A DNA stretch of 64,000 bases, taken from positions 384,001 to 448,000 of the forward strand of contig JBMNLZ010000003.1 in assembly GCA_050953065.1 (NCBI GenBank). Reading direction: 5' to 3'. Source of the DNA: Bacilli bacterium. Lineage in GTDB: Bacteria > Bacillota_I > Bacilli_A > ML615J-28 > CAG-698. Positions 18,601-29,102 of the stretch are shown one piece after another. Position numbers and translations under genes: made by a program. Every line of letters starts with the position of its first letter. Positions within the stretch are counted from its first letter, which is position 1. The notes under the pieces were generated by a model. That model was not told the DNA's origin and ran no database searches. It worked only from the letters and a program-made list of their open reading frames with translations.

Positions 18601-20115
18601 CTACTTCATACCCGAATGAGCCATCGTTTCCATAATTTGACTCTGAGATATTATAAATATAGTAATTGGAACCGAAATCATAATCAAACTAACTGCCGCT
18701 AAAACCCCAACACGAGCAGGTCCTGCTGTTGAAATTTGAACCAGTGCATAACTTACCATTTTTAAGTCTTCACGATAAATAAATGTAGATCCATCAGCTG
18801 CCCATAATCTTTGGAATACCAAAATAATTAAAGTAAGCCAAGCAGGTTTTACTAAAGGCATAACAATAGAAAACCATATCTTAAATTCTCCAGCTCCATC
18901 AATCTTAGCTGACTCAATTAACGAAGTCGGCACTTGAGACATAAACTGTTTCATTAAGAATAGCCCTAACGGGAAGGATATCATCGGCAAGATCATAGCC
19001 CAATAAGTATCTATCAATCCAATATAGTTAAATACAATATAGTTAGGAATACTTGTTACTTCATGAGGGAACATCAATGAATAAACAATTAGTCCAAAGA
19101 TAATTGATCCACCAGGAACTTTATATTTTGCTAGTGCATAAGCACACATCGAAGCAAATATAACGTGTCCAATTGTACCCATAATAGTTATAAAAATTGT
19201 ATTAAAGAAATATCTTGAGAAAGGTACTAAAGAAGCACCTAAAACTCCACCTAAATCCTTAAAGTTTTCTAAACTAGGGTTTCTCGGGAAAAATCTTGGT
19301 GGGAATAAGAATAATTCATCAAGTGGTTTAAATGCATTTGAAATTGTTAGAATTAATGGTAACAAACTAAATGCTCCACATAATGCTAAGAATAAGAATA
19401 AGAAAAAATCTCCAGTCTTTGATCTATTAAGTCTTTTCTTTTTCTTAGATTTCATTTTTATTTTCAAAGCATTAATTTCAGCAAATGGTCTAGAATCTAC
19501 TACTCTATGTAGTTTAATTTTAGCTCCATCAACTTCTTCTAAGCCTTCTTCTTGCATCTTAGTTTTTAATTCTAAATAGAATTCATATTTTGCTAACTCT
19601 ATTAAAGGGATAACCCAACAAAGCAAAACACCTAAAGTTATGATTCCAAGTAAAATTAATGGTAAATAACTAAGATATAATTTAAACAATTCCTTTTTAT
19701 GTCCATGCATCATCCTTTTACTTTTTTGAATTGCTTTAGATGATCCTATCTTTGGTTCATCAAGCAAAATGTAAAAAGACATTGAATAACTTAAGGCTTT
19801 AACAATTCCAGGAATTATTAATAAAATTGTCCAAAAAATTTGATAAAGTGTCTTTTTAATATATAAAACTATTTTATCGTTAATATGATTAAATTCTGAA
19901 AATAGTTTCTTTAAAGATATTTCTTCACCCTTAGAGATACTAACTATAACACTTGAAAATCCCATTAATAATGGCCCGCCAATAATCAAGGCACCAAGTA
20001 GTGGAGGAATAATCCAAGCTGCTAAAATTATCAACCCACAGATAAAGCTAATTAACGCTGCTGTTTTAAAATTGGGTTTAATCTTACTTAATGCAAGACT
20101 TCTATATTTTTTCAT
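18601..20115 (-). CDS. DUF975-like membrane domain fused to a CUT1 ABC permease
   Basis: N-terminal ~190 aa with PGIVKALSYSMSFYILLDEP...AIQKSKRMMHGHKKELFKL (DUF975); C-terminal permease with SNAFKPLDELF and EAA loop LIESAKIDGAGE. Confidence 0.8.
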   Translation of the reverse strand: MKKYRSLALSKIKPNFKTAALISFICGLIILAAWIIPPLLGALIIGGPLLMGFSSVIVSISKGEEISLKKLFSEFNHINDKIVLYIKKTLYQIFWTILLIIPGIVKALSYSMSFYILLDEPKIGSSKAIQKSKRMMHGHKKELFKLYLSYLPLILLGIITLGVLLCWVIPLIELAKYEFYLELKTKMQEEGLEEVDGAKIKLHRVVDSRPFAEINALKIKMKSKKKKRLNRSKTGDFFLFLFLALCGAFSLLPLILTISNAFKPLDELFLFPPRFFPRNPSLENFKDLGGVLGASLVPFSRYFFNTIFITIMGTIGHVIFASMCAYALAKYKVPGGSIIFGLIVYSLMFPHEVTSIPNYIVFNYIGLIDTYWAMILPMISFPLGLFLMKQFMSQVPTSLIESAKIDGAGEFKIWFSIVMPLVKPAWLTLIILVFQRLWAADGSTFIYREDLKMVSYALVQISTAGPARVGVLAAVSLIMISVPITIFIISQSQIMETMAHSGMK

Positions 20116-20129
20116 CTTGTCCTCCTTTC

Positions 20130-21206
20130 CTATGTGCCGACCTTGCGGATAATCTTTTGAATTGCTTTATTAAGTAGTATCGCTGTTACGAATAATAGTG
20201 TTGCGATGGCTGAGGCATATCCCATTTCAAATCTAACACTACCATAATCGGTTAAGTGGTTGATGATTGTATGTCCTGAATATTCAATTGAAGGGAATCC
20301 TGCCAAAGCTGTTGAAATCGCACCAACACCAAGAGAAGCTGAAATTTGAATAACGGCACTAAATGTTAATTGTGGTTTCATATTAGGTAATGTAATAAAC
20401 CATAATTCTTGCCATCTATTTCTAACACCATCCACGGCAGCTGCTTCATATTGAGTTTTATCAACGCTCTTTAATCCCGCAATTAAAGCTAGGAAGTTAA
20501 CACCTAAACTCATCCATAATTGTACTACAATAATAATCGGCAAAATATATTTTGAGTTTTGAAGCCAAGTAATTGGTTCTGCAATAAATCCAAATTGGAT
20601 TAAGAATGAGTTCGCATAACCATAAATATCACTATTGAAAATCAAAGTCCAAATAAGAATCGCATTTCCTGCTAAAGAAGGAGCATAGAATGCTAAAGTA
20701 ATAAATGGTTTTATTTTTGGAGGTAATTCATTAATTAACCAAGCAAATACGAAACTCAGTAAATATCCAATCGGTCCAGTAACAACTGCAATAATCAAAG
20801 TGTTTTTAACTGCAGTTATAAAAATATCATCATCTAAAAACAAAGTTAAATAGTTTGAAAAGCCTACCCAACGTGGTGCTTCTAAAAGGTTAAAATAAGT
20901 AAAACTTAATCCAAAGCTCATTACAACTGGTAAAACTGTAAAAACAGTGAATAGTAGTACATAAGGAAACATCATTAGATATAGAGTTCTATTTAAATAT
21001 AGTTTTCTTCTAAAAGGTTTCTTTCTACTCCACAGATCAATTTTCTTTCCAGTGCGCTCTTTCCAAGCAATAAATCTTTTCCATAAATCTTTTAAAGTTT
21101 TCTTACCTTGAGAAGAATCATTAGACTTTGTTGATTCACTAATTTCTTCAAGATTATTGTTTTCTTCTTTAGAAACATTTAAATCTTTATCAATTACATT
21201 TTCCAT
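20130..21206 (-). CDS. CUT1 sugar ABC permease (MalF-like)
   Basis: SFTYFNLLEAP, QLWMSLG, YEAAAVDG, RFEMGYASAIA motifs. Confidence 0.92.
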   Translation of the reverse strand: MENVIDKDLNVSKEENNNLEEISESTKSNDSSQGKKTLKDLWKRFIAWKERTGKKIDLWSRKKPFRRKLYLNRTLYLMMFPYVLLFTVFTVLPVVMSFGLSFTYFNLLEAPRWVGFSNYLTLFLDDDIFITAVKNTLIIAVVTGPIGYLLSFVFAWLINELPPKIKPFITLAFYAPSLAGNAILIWTLIFNSDIYGYANSFLIQFGFIAEPITWLQNSKYILPIIIVVQLWMSLGVNFLALIAGLKSVDKTQYEAAAVDGVRNRWQELWFITLPNMKPQLTFSAVIQISASLGVGAISTALAGFPSIEYSGHTIINHLTDYGSVRFEMGYASAIATLLFVTAILLNKAIQKIIRKVGT

Positions 21207-21220
21207 TGATCTTCTCCTTT

Positions 21221-24200
21221 CTAATCAAGTCCAAACTCAGCGCGTTTTCTAGCAATCTCACTGTTTATAATTTGGATGTATTGTTCTAGTGTTTCGCGTG
21301 GTTCTTTATCTTTATTTACAACTTCACGGAAGGCATTTTCTAAGTTACGTCCTGTATAATATCCACCAGGAACTTCTGGTACACCAACAGTTTTTTTCCA
21401 TTGAGTAGTTAATACTTCAATTTCTTTTGCTGTCCATGCCATTCTTCTAAATGCTTTAATATTAGGAGTATTATGACGAGCTGCTGGCCCTAAAACTGAT
21501 TCCAATTCACGAGCATAAGCAAATTGTGTTTCTTCACTTGTCCACCATTTCATAAATTCCCAAGCAGCTTCTTTTTCTCTAGCTTGAGCCATCATTACAA
21601 CAGCAGTTCCACCTGCTGCACCTCTATGATCTAGAGTACCATCTTCTCTAATTGTTCCAGGAAGTAGGGCAAAGTCCCATTTACCTCTAATCTCTGGCGC
21701 AGAAACCATCAAAGTATTATACATTTCATAGTTAGCAATTCCAATTGGAGTTTCCCCAGTTCTAAAACGGTTAAAGAATGATGCTGCAAGAGGGAAACTA
21801 TATTCACTATAAAATCTTGACCAAGTATCAAAAGCATTCATTGCTGCAGGGCTATCAAAAGCTGATTCACGATTACCATTCTTATAGAATGTTCCATCTT
21901 GTTGATAAAGCATTGAAGCAAAGATTTGGTTAACTACAGAGTTAGCTAAAACTGTATTAAGTGGTAAATAAAATTGCAAGTTTTTAAGTTGTAATTCTGG
22001 AATAATTTCAATTACATCTTCCCAAGTCCAAGGATTTTCTAAAGTAGGACGTTTCCATTCATATTCATTGAAAATATCTGTTCTATAAAATGTTACTAAA
22101 AATGACTGAGTATTAGGTAAAGCATAATATGCACCGTTTAACTCATATGGAACCATGGCACTTGCTTGGAAGTTTCTATTTTCATCTTCTGGATCTACAT
22201 TTGCAGTACATGTTCCACGAGCAATTTCATCCGCTGAACAAATTCCAGTTGTTTCATAGAATCCCTCATATTTTGAAATATCTTCAATTGCATTACGAAG
22301 TGCATAGTTAATTGGAAGTCCATTTGGAACGTTGATTGCTACATCAGGCCCTCTTTTTGCAAGTGTTGCTGGAAGTAGTACACCAGGTGCTACTAATTTC
22401 AAGCTAACGTTTGCATGATCAAATGTATCTAAAATTAGATTACTCAAAGCATTTGCTTGTTCACGTCCAGCTGTCTCACTTGTTAAAAACCAAACTTGAA
22501 TTGTTGGTAAATTAGCTTTAGCTTCAGTTACACCAATACTTTCATAATCAAAGAAGAATGATTTGAAGAATGATTTAATACTAAACCAACTACCTGCAAA
22601 GAAATTAGGATTTGCTTTTGGCAAAGCATTTTTCCTGCTTAAACTTGATTTATCTGAATGAATAAATAATTGATCAACTACAATTGATTGTTCACTGATT
22701 TGTAAAATCCATGTTCCTAAAGCTGAAATGTTGTTACTATAATCTTTAAGACGTCTTTGAATCGTTCTAACGTTATTAACAAATGAATCAAGTTGTAGAG
22801 CCATTCTATCAAGACTTGCTGTCATATCGCTTTTCCCACCAGATAATTCAGCTAAGATTCTATTAACATCTCTTAACTCTTTTGCACATTTTGCAAATGT
22901 TTCTTTTAATCCAACAATGCTTTTGCCATCTTCATAATAAACAGAAACAAAATCAGCTAAGTTTTCTACTAAGTAATAATCAATATATGGGTCTGGGTTT
23001 AAAGTAGTAACTGCAATAATTCTACGATAAACTCTATTTAACTCATCAATTACTGTATTTACTCTACTAACTAAACTACTGTAATCTCCTAAAGTTGCTT
23101 CCATTGTAATAGTATTTTTACCAGCATTTAAGTGGAAATAATATGGAATTTCTTTTCCTGTCTCATCAAAGCCGCCCAAAGTCATGATTTTCCAATCTCT
23201 ACTAAACTTGTATTTAGTATTTAGTGCTTCATCAAAAGGTACCTCACCATTTATTAAAACTTTTCTTGTCGTATAAACACCTCTTGAAACTCCTTGTTTT
23301 GCTCTAAATGAAATTTGATATAATCCTTCTTTTTCTACATCTACTTTCCAAGAAATCCAATCGCCAGGTGAAGACCATTTAGTTCCACCAATTGCATTAT
23401 ATCTAATCCTTACAGGGTCACACGGAGAGTTCTTCGCACTCGTTCTATCATTTACTGCATAAAGTGTCGCAGATGAAGATGTTCTAATGTTTGGGTCTTC
23501 TGCTTCGTATAAAATCATCGTATCATCAACTTTATCAGCATCATCAAACTGACCTATATAATCACTATAAGACATATAATCAGTTTTAGCACAAATATCA
23601 ATTGCAAAAATACTCATTGGTTCTCTAATTGATTCAATTGTGATTGTATTTTCACCTTCAAGCAAATGAATTAAATAAGGTTCAGTAACATACCCTAAAT
23701 CATCTACAACATAGGCTCTAGTAATTTTTGGTTTTTCAATTTGAGTTGGTTTCATATCATTGCCCATGGCATCCATAAAGAACATTGATCCTTTAGATGC
23801 ATCAATTGGACCATCTCCCCAAGTTCTTGAAAACACAATATTTTTCAAAGCCTCATATGGAGTTACGCCATTGATTTTAATACTTCTTTCAATTGATGCA
23901 GAACCACCTTTCTCAGGATAATAACTAAGTCTAATATTATAATATCCTGCATCTGGTACTGTAAATTTCCAAGTTGCACTACCTACTTCTGAAGTATAAA
24001 AAGGCTTAACTCCATTTACGATTGTTGCAAGATTAGCAACATCTGTAAAATCAGAGTGTACTAAGTCAGTATTATTTGTTGTATCAATAGTAATATTATT
24101 ATTTGGAGTAATCATTTCATATGCTTTTAAATACTCCCCATATTCGCCAACTATTTCATAATCTCCAGGCACTGTTGCTTTTGTATAAACATGGCCCGAA

Positions 24201-24313
24201 GCATAACTTGTAATCACACTACTTAAAAATAATGCAACTAAAAGAACTAGTATAATTAGCAAGATACTGCGTTTAACTAATTTAGGTGTGATCAATCCCT
24301 TAAGTTTTTTCAT
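21221..24313 (-). CDS. Giant (1030 aa) solute-binding protein with N-terminal CBM-like jelly-rolls and a helical linker
   Basis: N-terminal anchor; two CBM6/35-like segments (WKFTVPDAGYYNI; WKVDVEKEGLYQI); C-terminal SBP motifs YALPNTQ, FYRTDIF, APEIRGKWDF, AWEFMKWW, PEVPGGYY. Confidence 0.85.
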   Translation of the reverse strand: MKKLKGLITPKLVKRSILLIILVLLVALFLSSVITSYASGHVYTKATVPGDYEIVGEYGEYLKAYEMITPNNNITIDTTNNTDLVHSDFTDVANLATIVNGVKPFYTSEVGSATWKFTVPDAGYYNIRLSYYPEKGGSASIERSIKINGVTPYEALKNIVFSRTWGDGPIDASKGSMFFMDAMGNDMKPTQIEKPKITRAYVVDDLGYVTEPYLIHLLEGENTITIESIREPMSIFAIDICAKTDYMSYSDYIGQFDDADKVDDTMILYEAEDPNIRTSSSATLYAVNDRTSAKNSPCDPVRIRYNAIGGTKWSSPGDWISWKVDVEKEGLYQISFRAKQGVSRGVYTTRKVLINGEVPFDEALNTKYKFSRDWKIMTLGGFDETGKEIPYYFHLNAGKNTITMEATLGDYSSLVSRVNTVIDELNRVYRRIIAVTTLNPDPYIDYYLVENLADFVSVYYEDGKSIVGLKETFAKCAKELRDVNRILAELSGGKSDMTASLDRMALQLDSFVNNVRTIQRRLKDYSNNISALGTWILQISEQSIVVDQLFIHSDKSSLSRKNALPKANPNFFAGSWFSIKSFFKSFFFDYESIGVTEAKANLPTIQVWFLTSETAGREQANALSNLILDTFDHANVSLKLVAPGVLLPATLAKRGPDVAINVPNGLPINYALRNAIEDISKYEGFYETTGICSADEIARGTCTANVDPEDENRNFQASAMVPYELNGAYYALPNTQSFLVTFYRTDIFNEYEWKRPTLENPWTWEDVIEIIPELQLKNLQFYLPLNTVLANSVVNQIFASMLYQQDGTFYKNGNRESAFDSPAAMNAFDTWSRFYSEYSFPLAASFFNRFRTGETPIGIANYEMYNTLMVSAPEIRGKWDFALLPGTIREDGTLDHRGAAGGTAVVMMAQAREKEAAWEFMKWWTSEETQFAYARELESVLGPAARHNTPNIKAFRRMAWTAKEIEVLTTQWKKTVGVPEVPGGYYTGRNLENAFREVVNKDKEPRETLEQYIQIINSEIARKRAEFGLD

Positions 24314-26160
24314 TTTTTTACCCCTTCTATGTATTTTAATCTTTCTTCTGAAAATACAATTAGTTTTTCAATATAATCTAACGTTTCATTTAACATGCTT
24401 TCTTTGTTTCTTTGAAGCCATAAAGTTTTTAAATCATTTTTAATTTTTAAAGCGTCTTTTAAGGCTTCTTTTAACAGTGTGATTCTTACAGTTTTTTCTA
24501 AAGAATCATTCCCACAAACATTAATTTTTAGTAATAAAGAAATCATCTCAATTGTCCAAACAACTTCATCTTTAATTAAAGAATCATTAAATTTGATAAG
24601 CTCAATTTCTTTTTTCTTATAGTTTAAATATTCTTCTGCACTTTGATATTTCTTATAACTCAAAGTATTATATTTCATCTTTTCTTTAACATATTCTATC
24701 CTATTTTCTTCTTTGAAAGAATAAGTTATCCAAAGCAACATATAAAATGTAGCAGTCCCATTACCAATATAAGCATTTTCAAAGCGATTGATTGTTCCTA
24801 AATCCATAATAGCATCTGCTATTAGGTTTTCTTTATCTTTGAAAATAAATCTATTTAAATATTGTTTAACTGATAGATAAACTCCTTCTTCACATCTGTA
24901 ACTCATTAAGCCAGCATAGACAAGTGGTGCAAAACTAAATGGTAACATCTGCATATGTCCGACATCTCCCCAATCAGTTAATAAGATTCCTTCACCACCG
25001 TTATCCTTAACAGCCCAACAAGCGTTCGCAATGTTCTCAATCCAATCACTTTGTCTTAGTGATAAACTACACCAAGAAGTAGTTCCAGGAGCTGCCATGA
25101 ATTTTACTTTGGCTTTTTTTAGCTTTTTAATATTTTTAGAGAAAGAATAAAAAGCATCATAGCCCCAATCAATAAAAATCATATCTTTTGGAAGCTTTTT
25201 AAATAACTCAGGATGATTATTTAAAACATCTCCCCAAATCAAAGGAATTTTTTTATATTTTTTTATCTCTTTATAAGCTTTTAATGTATAGTCTAAATAA
25301 ACCTTGCCAAGACCTACTTTCTCACATTCAGCCTTTGACTTACCTTTACCTAGTTCAAATGGTTCATCAAAGTTCATATTGAAGTATTTTGAATTAGAAT
25401 GAGGCAACATATCTTGATACATTTTCTTTAATAACTCTAAAGATTTTGGATCAAGTGGATTGAGTGTACTTGGCGCTCTATGAGTCCCCCATAAATGAAT
25501 TCCTTCAGGACACTCTGCCAAACTAGAAAACTCATCTTTTTTAAGCCAAGCGGCCATATGACCAAAACCATTTTGATTTGGAACTAAATCTATAAAATGT
25601 TTATTAGCATAGTCTTCAATTGCTTTATATTCTTCAACTGTAATATATGAATCCTTTTTTAAATAATCTTTAAAACTTTGATATTCAAAAGAAAAACCTT
25701 CAACATATAATTCTAAATGATTCATTTTTAAATCACTCATAATATCAATAATTTTAAAAACAGTTTCTATTTTAGGAACTTTATTTCGGCTTATGTCATA
25801 CATAAAGCCTCTTATTTTTAAATCTGGTTCATCATAGATTTCTAGACATTCTATTTGATTGTTTTTAATAATTTGTTTTAAAGTCTTAACTGCATAATAT
25901 GCACCTGGTGCATCTTTATGATAAATCGTAATAACATCTGGTTTAACTTCAATTTTATATGCTTCAGCACTTAATTTTTTGTCAATAAAAAAACGAACAT
26001 CGGCTTTTTTAGATTTACCTACTTGCAAATTTAAAAAAGAATCCAATTCTTTCTTAACTATTTCATTGGGCTTGTCAAAAAAAGCAATGCTCTTTTCTTT
26101 CATTTTGTAAACGTCGTTATTATATTTTATTTCTTTTACCTTAGGAAATATATTTACCAT
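24310..26160 (-). CDS. GH20-family beta-N-acetylhexosaminidase, no signal peptide
   Basis: IYDEPDLKIRGFMYDISR, VPNQNGFGH, catalytic NFDE, IWGD, DWGY, LLTDWGD motifs. Confidence 0.88.
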   Translation of the reverse strand: MVNIFPKVKEIKYNNDVYKMKEKSIAFFDKPNEIVKKELDSFLNLQVGKSKKADVRFFIDKKLSAEAYKIEVKPDVITIYHKDAPGAYYAVKTLKQIIKNNQIECLEIYDEPDLKIRGFMYDISRNKVPKIETVFKIIDIMSDLKMNHLELYVEGFSFEYQSFKDYLKKDSYITVEEYKAIEDYANKHFIDLVPNQNGFGHMAAWLKKDEFSSLAECPEGIHLWGTHRAPSTLNPLDPKSLELLKKMYQDMLPHSNSKYFNMNFDEPFELGKGKSKAECEKVGLGKVYLDYTLKAYKEIKKYKKIPLIWGDVLNNHPELFKKLPKDMIFIDWGYDAFYSFSKNIKKLKKAKVKFMAAPGTTSWCSLSLRQSDWIENIANACWAVKDNGGEGILLTDWGDVGHMQMLPFSFAPLVYAGLMSYRCEEGVYLSVKQYLNRFIFKDKENLIADAIMDLGTINRFENAYIGNGTATFYMLLWITYSFKEENRIEYVKEKMKYNTLSYKKYQSAEEYLNYKKKEIELIKFNDSLIKDEVVWTIEMISLLLKINVCGNDSLEKTVRITLLKEALKDALKIKNDLKTLWLQRNKESMLNETLDYIEKLIVFSEERLKYIEGVKK

Positions 26161-26199
26161 AAAAACTCCATTTTGCTATATAAATGTATTACTCTAATT

Positions 26200-26228
26200 A
26201 TTATATAACAAAAAGCGTTTTTATTCAA
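26200..26228 (-). promoter_or_regulatory. Sigma-A promoter of the GH20-transporter operon, with a cre/LacI-like palindrome in the spacer
   Basis: TTGAAT-17 nt-TATAAT; spacer contains AAAAACGCTTTTT. Confidence 0.7.
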
Positions 26229-26344
26229 GTTTTTATTGGCAATTTATCTAGTTATTTTGAAGAAAACTTACCATATTTTCTAATAAATTTAGAGTCATTT
26301 TTAAATAATATGAATTAAAATTAAAAAAGCAAGGTTTTAAAACC

Positions 26345-27685
26345 TTACTTTTCAAATTTTATTGTTATAACAGGCCTTATTCCAATAGTCGAATAAGCAT
26401 TGTTAAAGCCTGTAACACTAACCTTACCATCAAAGAAAACCCCTGATAAATATTGCATTGTAAAACCAGGTGATCTTGAGAAATATTTTCCTTGATTAGT
26501 AGAAGAATTTTCAACACCTGTTTTAATTGCAAACTCAGTATTATAAGCAATCCTATTAGAATCTGCTTCATCTGTTTTTGTTTTAAATCCAAAACGCTTT
26601 CTAATCAAATCATTGTATGATAACAAATAAACATAATCTTGTGTATCATCACCTTCATTAGCAGCATAGGCAGGATAAGAAATTCCTTTATTAGAAACGG
26701 TTGTTAAAACAATCCCACTTTTTTCGCTACTACTAAATGAAGCATTATAAAAATCATTGTTTAACCAAAATCTTAAATAACTATTCTTCCAAGTTTTATC
26801 GTTATTATCAACAATTACAATTTTATAATTAACAACTGTTGTTTCTTCTGGATGTTCTTTTGTAGGGCCACTTCCAGTTATTGTTACTTCACCTTTTGAA
26901 ATTGCATTTACCATTACTTGTACTTGAGCTTTTAGTTCTCCTTTTACTCCATTAATTACCCAATATCCCGCTTCATCAATTTCTAGTTCAGCGCTAGTTG
27001 CTTCTCCTACTGGAACATATGTATTTTTACCTTCAATCCACCAATTGTTATCAGAGCCAACTGTAGCTTTAATTGTATCGATATTTTTACTTACTAAAGC
27101 AAGATTTTCATCACTTGAGGTCCAAGTAGAATTTACTAAATCCATATTAGTAGCCCCTATATAAATACTTCTTGTTTCTCCGATTCCAAATAAATAATTA
27201 TGATAAGAAGCTTTAGAATCTAATATTTTATCAGATACAAGAACCGCATTAACCCCATCAATACTTAAAATTTTCCATTCAATTGAATCAACTAAGAAAA
27301 ACTCTCTTGATTCAATGTAGGTTTCTTCTCCTTCAACTACTTCTCTTGTAAAAGTAGAAACTTTAGCATAACGATGTCCTTCATATGGGTAATATCCATA
27401 ACTATCAGCAAGAATTGTCTCTTCATCAATTCCAGCATTTAACGATGCAATTATTTCATCATCTGTTACTAATCTTTGAGGATATTCACCATAAAACATT
27501 TTACTATAAGTTACAGTATTTTTCTCTACATCAATAATTGGATTATGATATCCTGCATCAAAATAATACGTTACCTTTTCTGGAGTAGTTATTGCCTCAG
27601 GATCACTATCAACAGGGCTTTTATCACAAGCACTAAGTACTAATAATAAAACTATAATCAATGAGCAAAATAATCTCTTCTTCAT
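26345..27685 (-). CDS. DUF6273-like lipoprotein with an internal Ig-like insertion
   Basis: Lipobox LSAC; FYGEYPQ, IEWKIL, WKNSYLRFWLNNDFY, DYVYLLS, RSPG, GIRPVI motifs; ATG at 27685 with GAGG RBS. Confidence 0.65.
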   Translation of the reverse strand: MKKRLFCSLIIVLLLVLSACDKSPVDSDPEAITTPEKVTYYFDAGYHNPIIDVEKNTVTYSKMFYGEYPQRLVTDDEIIASLNAGIDEETILADSYGYYPYEGHRYAKVSTFTREVVEGEETYIESREFFLVDSIEWKILSIDGVNAVLVSDKILDSKASYHNYLFGIGETRSIYIGATNMDLVNSTWTSSDENLALVSKNIDTIKATVGSDNNWWIEGKNTYVPVGEATSAELEIDEAGYWVINGVKGELKAQVQVMVNAISKGEVTITGSGPTKEHPEETTVVNYKIVIVDNNDKTWKNSYLRFWLNNDFYNASFSSSEKSGIVLTTVSNKGISYPAYAANEGDDTQDYVYLLSYNDLIRKRFGFKTKTDEADSNRIAYNTEFAIKTGVENSSTNQGKYFSRSPGFTMQYLSGVFFDGKVSVTGFNNAYSTIGIRPVITIKFEK

Positions 27686-27749
27686 TTTATTACCTCTAAA
27701 CAAATTTATTTGATAACTCATTTTAACAAATATTTAAACAATTAGCAAG

Positions 27750-27785
27750 AAAAAGAAAGATAGTCTAATTTATTAAACTATCTTT
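27750..27785 (-). terminator. Terminator of the lysA-fusion operon
   Basis: AAAGATAGT...ACTATCTTT inverted repeat with a U-rich tail on the minus strand. Confidence 0.65.
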
Positions 27786-27796
27786 TTAATTTATAC

Positions 27797-29101
27797 TTAA
27801 ACTGGCTTTACTTCTTTTGTCCAAATGGTTTTTAATAATTTCCTACCTTCAACAAGGGCAACAACATCTTCTTTAACAAAAGAATTATAAGTAAAATAAA
27901 TTGTTCCAGAAATATTGTCATAATTTTGATTATACCTAAGTTGATTAATTATCTCTTCTGGATTACTCCAATTTCCTTTATCGCTATAGCGATAAAATGC
28001 TTGACCAATATATAATTTCGTATTAGTTTCTTTACAAATTCCACTCCACCATTTTACTAAATCAGCATATTTTACTAAAGTGATTTCTTCTAAAGAACCA
28101 TCTTCTTTTGGTTTAGAATTATCTAAATCAAAATAAACTTGAGGTACTACGTAATCAATCCATTTTTCTTTCATCCATAAGTAAACATCTGCATAAAGTC
28201 TATCATAACATTGCAAGCATTTCTCATGATTATCAGACCCTTTATCCCAACCACCAACTCCAGATTCAAAATATTTTGAATGAGTTCTAAAAATACCAAA
28301 AGGACTGATTCCAAATTCTACCTTTTTAGGAAGTCTAGCTAACTTATCATGAATAAGTTTAATCATACGATTAACATTGTCTCTTCTAAAGTCACTCAAA
28401 GATTCATCATTTTTCTTCCATTTTAAATATTTTTCTTGTTCTTTATCATCACAAATTTCCTCATAAGGATAAAAATAATCATCGATATGAACAGCTTTTA
28501 TATCATAGTTTTCAGCAATTTCTAAAACTGAATCAGAAACAAATTCCATTACTTCTTCACTTGATGGGTCTAGAATTAGTTTTGTTTCTGAAGTTTCAAT
28601 TACTAAATCAGGACGCTTGCGAGCAAAGTTTTTCTCACTTAATGTTTTTAAAAAGTCATCTTTATTAGTATTTAAATCTTTTAATCTTTTTTGACAAACA
28701 CGATATGGATTAATCCAAGCATGAACTTCAATGTTTTCCTTTTTAGCTTCTTCTATAAAGAAACCAAAAACATCAAAGCCAGGATATTTATCCTCAATTC
28801 CAGTAATATATGCACTCCAAGGATTTAACTTTGATTTATAAAATGCATCATTTGTTGGTCTTGCTTGAAAAATAACTGTATTCATTTTATATTCTTTAAC
28901 ACGTTTTATAACACTTTTTAAATATTCTTTATAACTTTCAACACTAGTCATTTTAGCTACATCAATATTAGCAACAGTCGAAAACCAAACACCACGCAAT
29001 TCTTCTTGCTTTTCTTTATATTCATCTGGTATTAAAACAGCCTCATCGCTTCCATAATAAGTAACAAAACCTTCTTTTTTAAACTTAGCAATTTTTTTCA
29101 T
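27797..29101 (-). CDS. Glycosyl hydrolase-like 10 family (YngK/YddW-DigH-like), no signal peptide
   Basis: ELRGVWFSTVANID, NTVIFQARP, VHAWINPYR, HIDDYFYPY, FGISPFG, WIDYVVPQVY motifs. Confidence 0.88.
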   Translation of the reverse strand: MKKIAKFKKEGFVTYYGSDEAVLIPDEYKEKQEELRGVWFSTVANIDVAKMTSVESYKEYLKSVIKRVKEYKMNTVIFQARPTNDAFYKSKLNPWSAYITGIEDKYPGFDVFGFFIEEAKKENIEVHAWINPYRVCQKRLKDLNTNKDDFLKTLSEKNFARKRPDLVIETSETKLILDPSSEEVMEFVSDSVLEIAENYDIKAVHIDDYFYPYEEICDDKEQEKYLKWKKNDESLSDFRRDNVNRMIKLIHDKLARLPKKVEFGISPFGIFRTHSKYFESGVGGWDKGSDNHEKCLQCYDRLYADVYLWMKEKWIDYVVPQVYFDLDNSKPKEDGSLEEITLVKYADLVKWWSGICKETNTKLYIGQAFYRYSDKGNWSNPEEIINQLRYNQNYDNISGTIYFTYNSFVKEDVVALVEGRKLLKTIWTKEVKPV

Positions 29102-29102
29102 T

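Noticed and set aside
26345-26520. DUF6273 C-terminus (RSPG...GIRP) as a diversity-generating retroelement target
   Set aside because: No reverse transcriptase and no template-repeat copy seen in the window.
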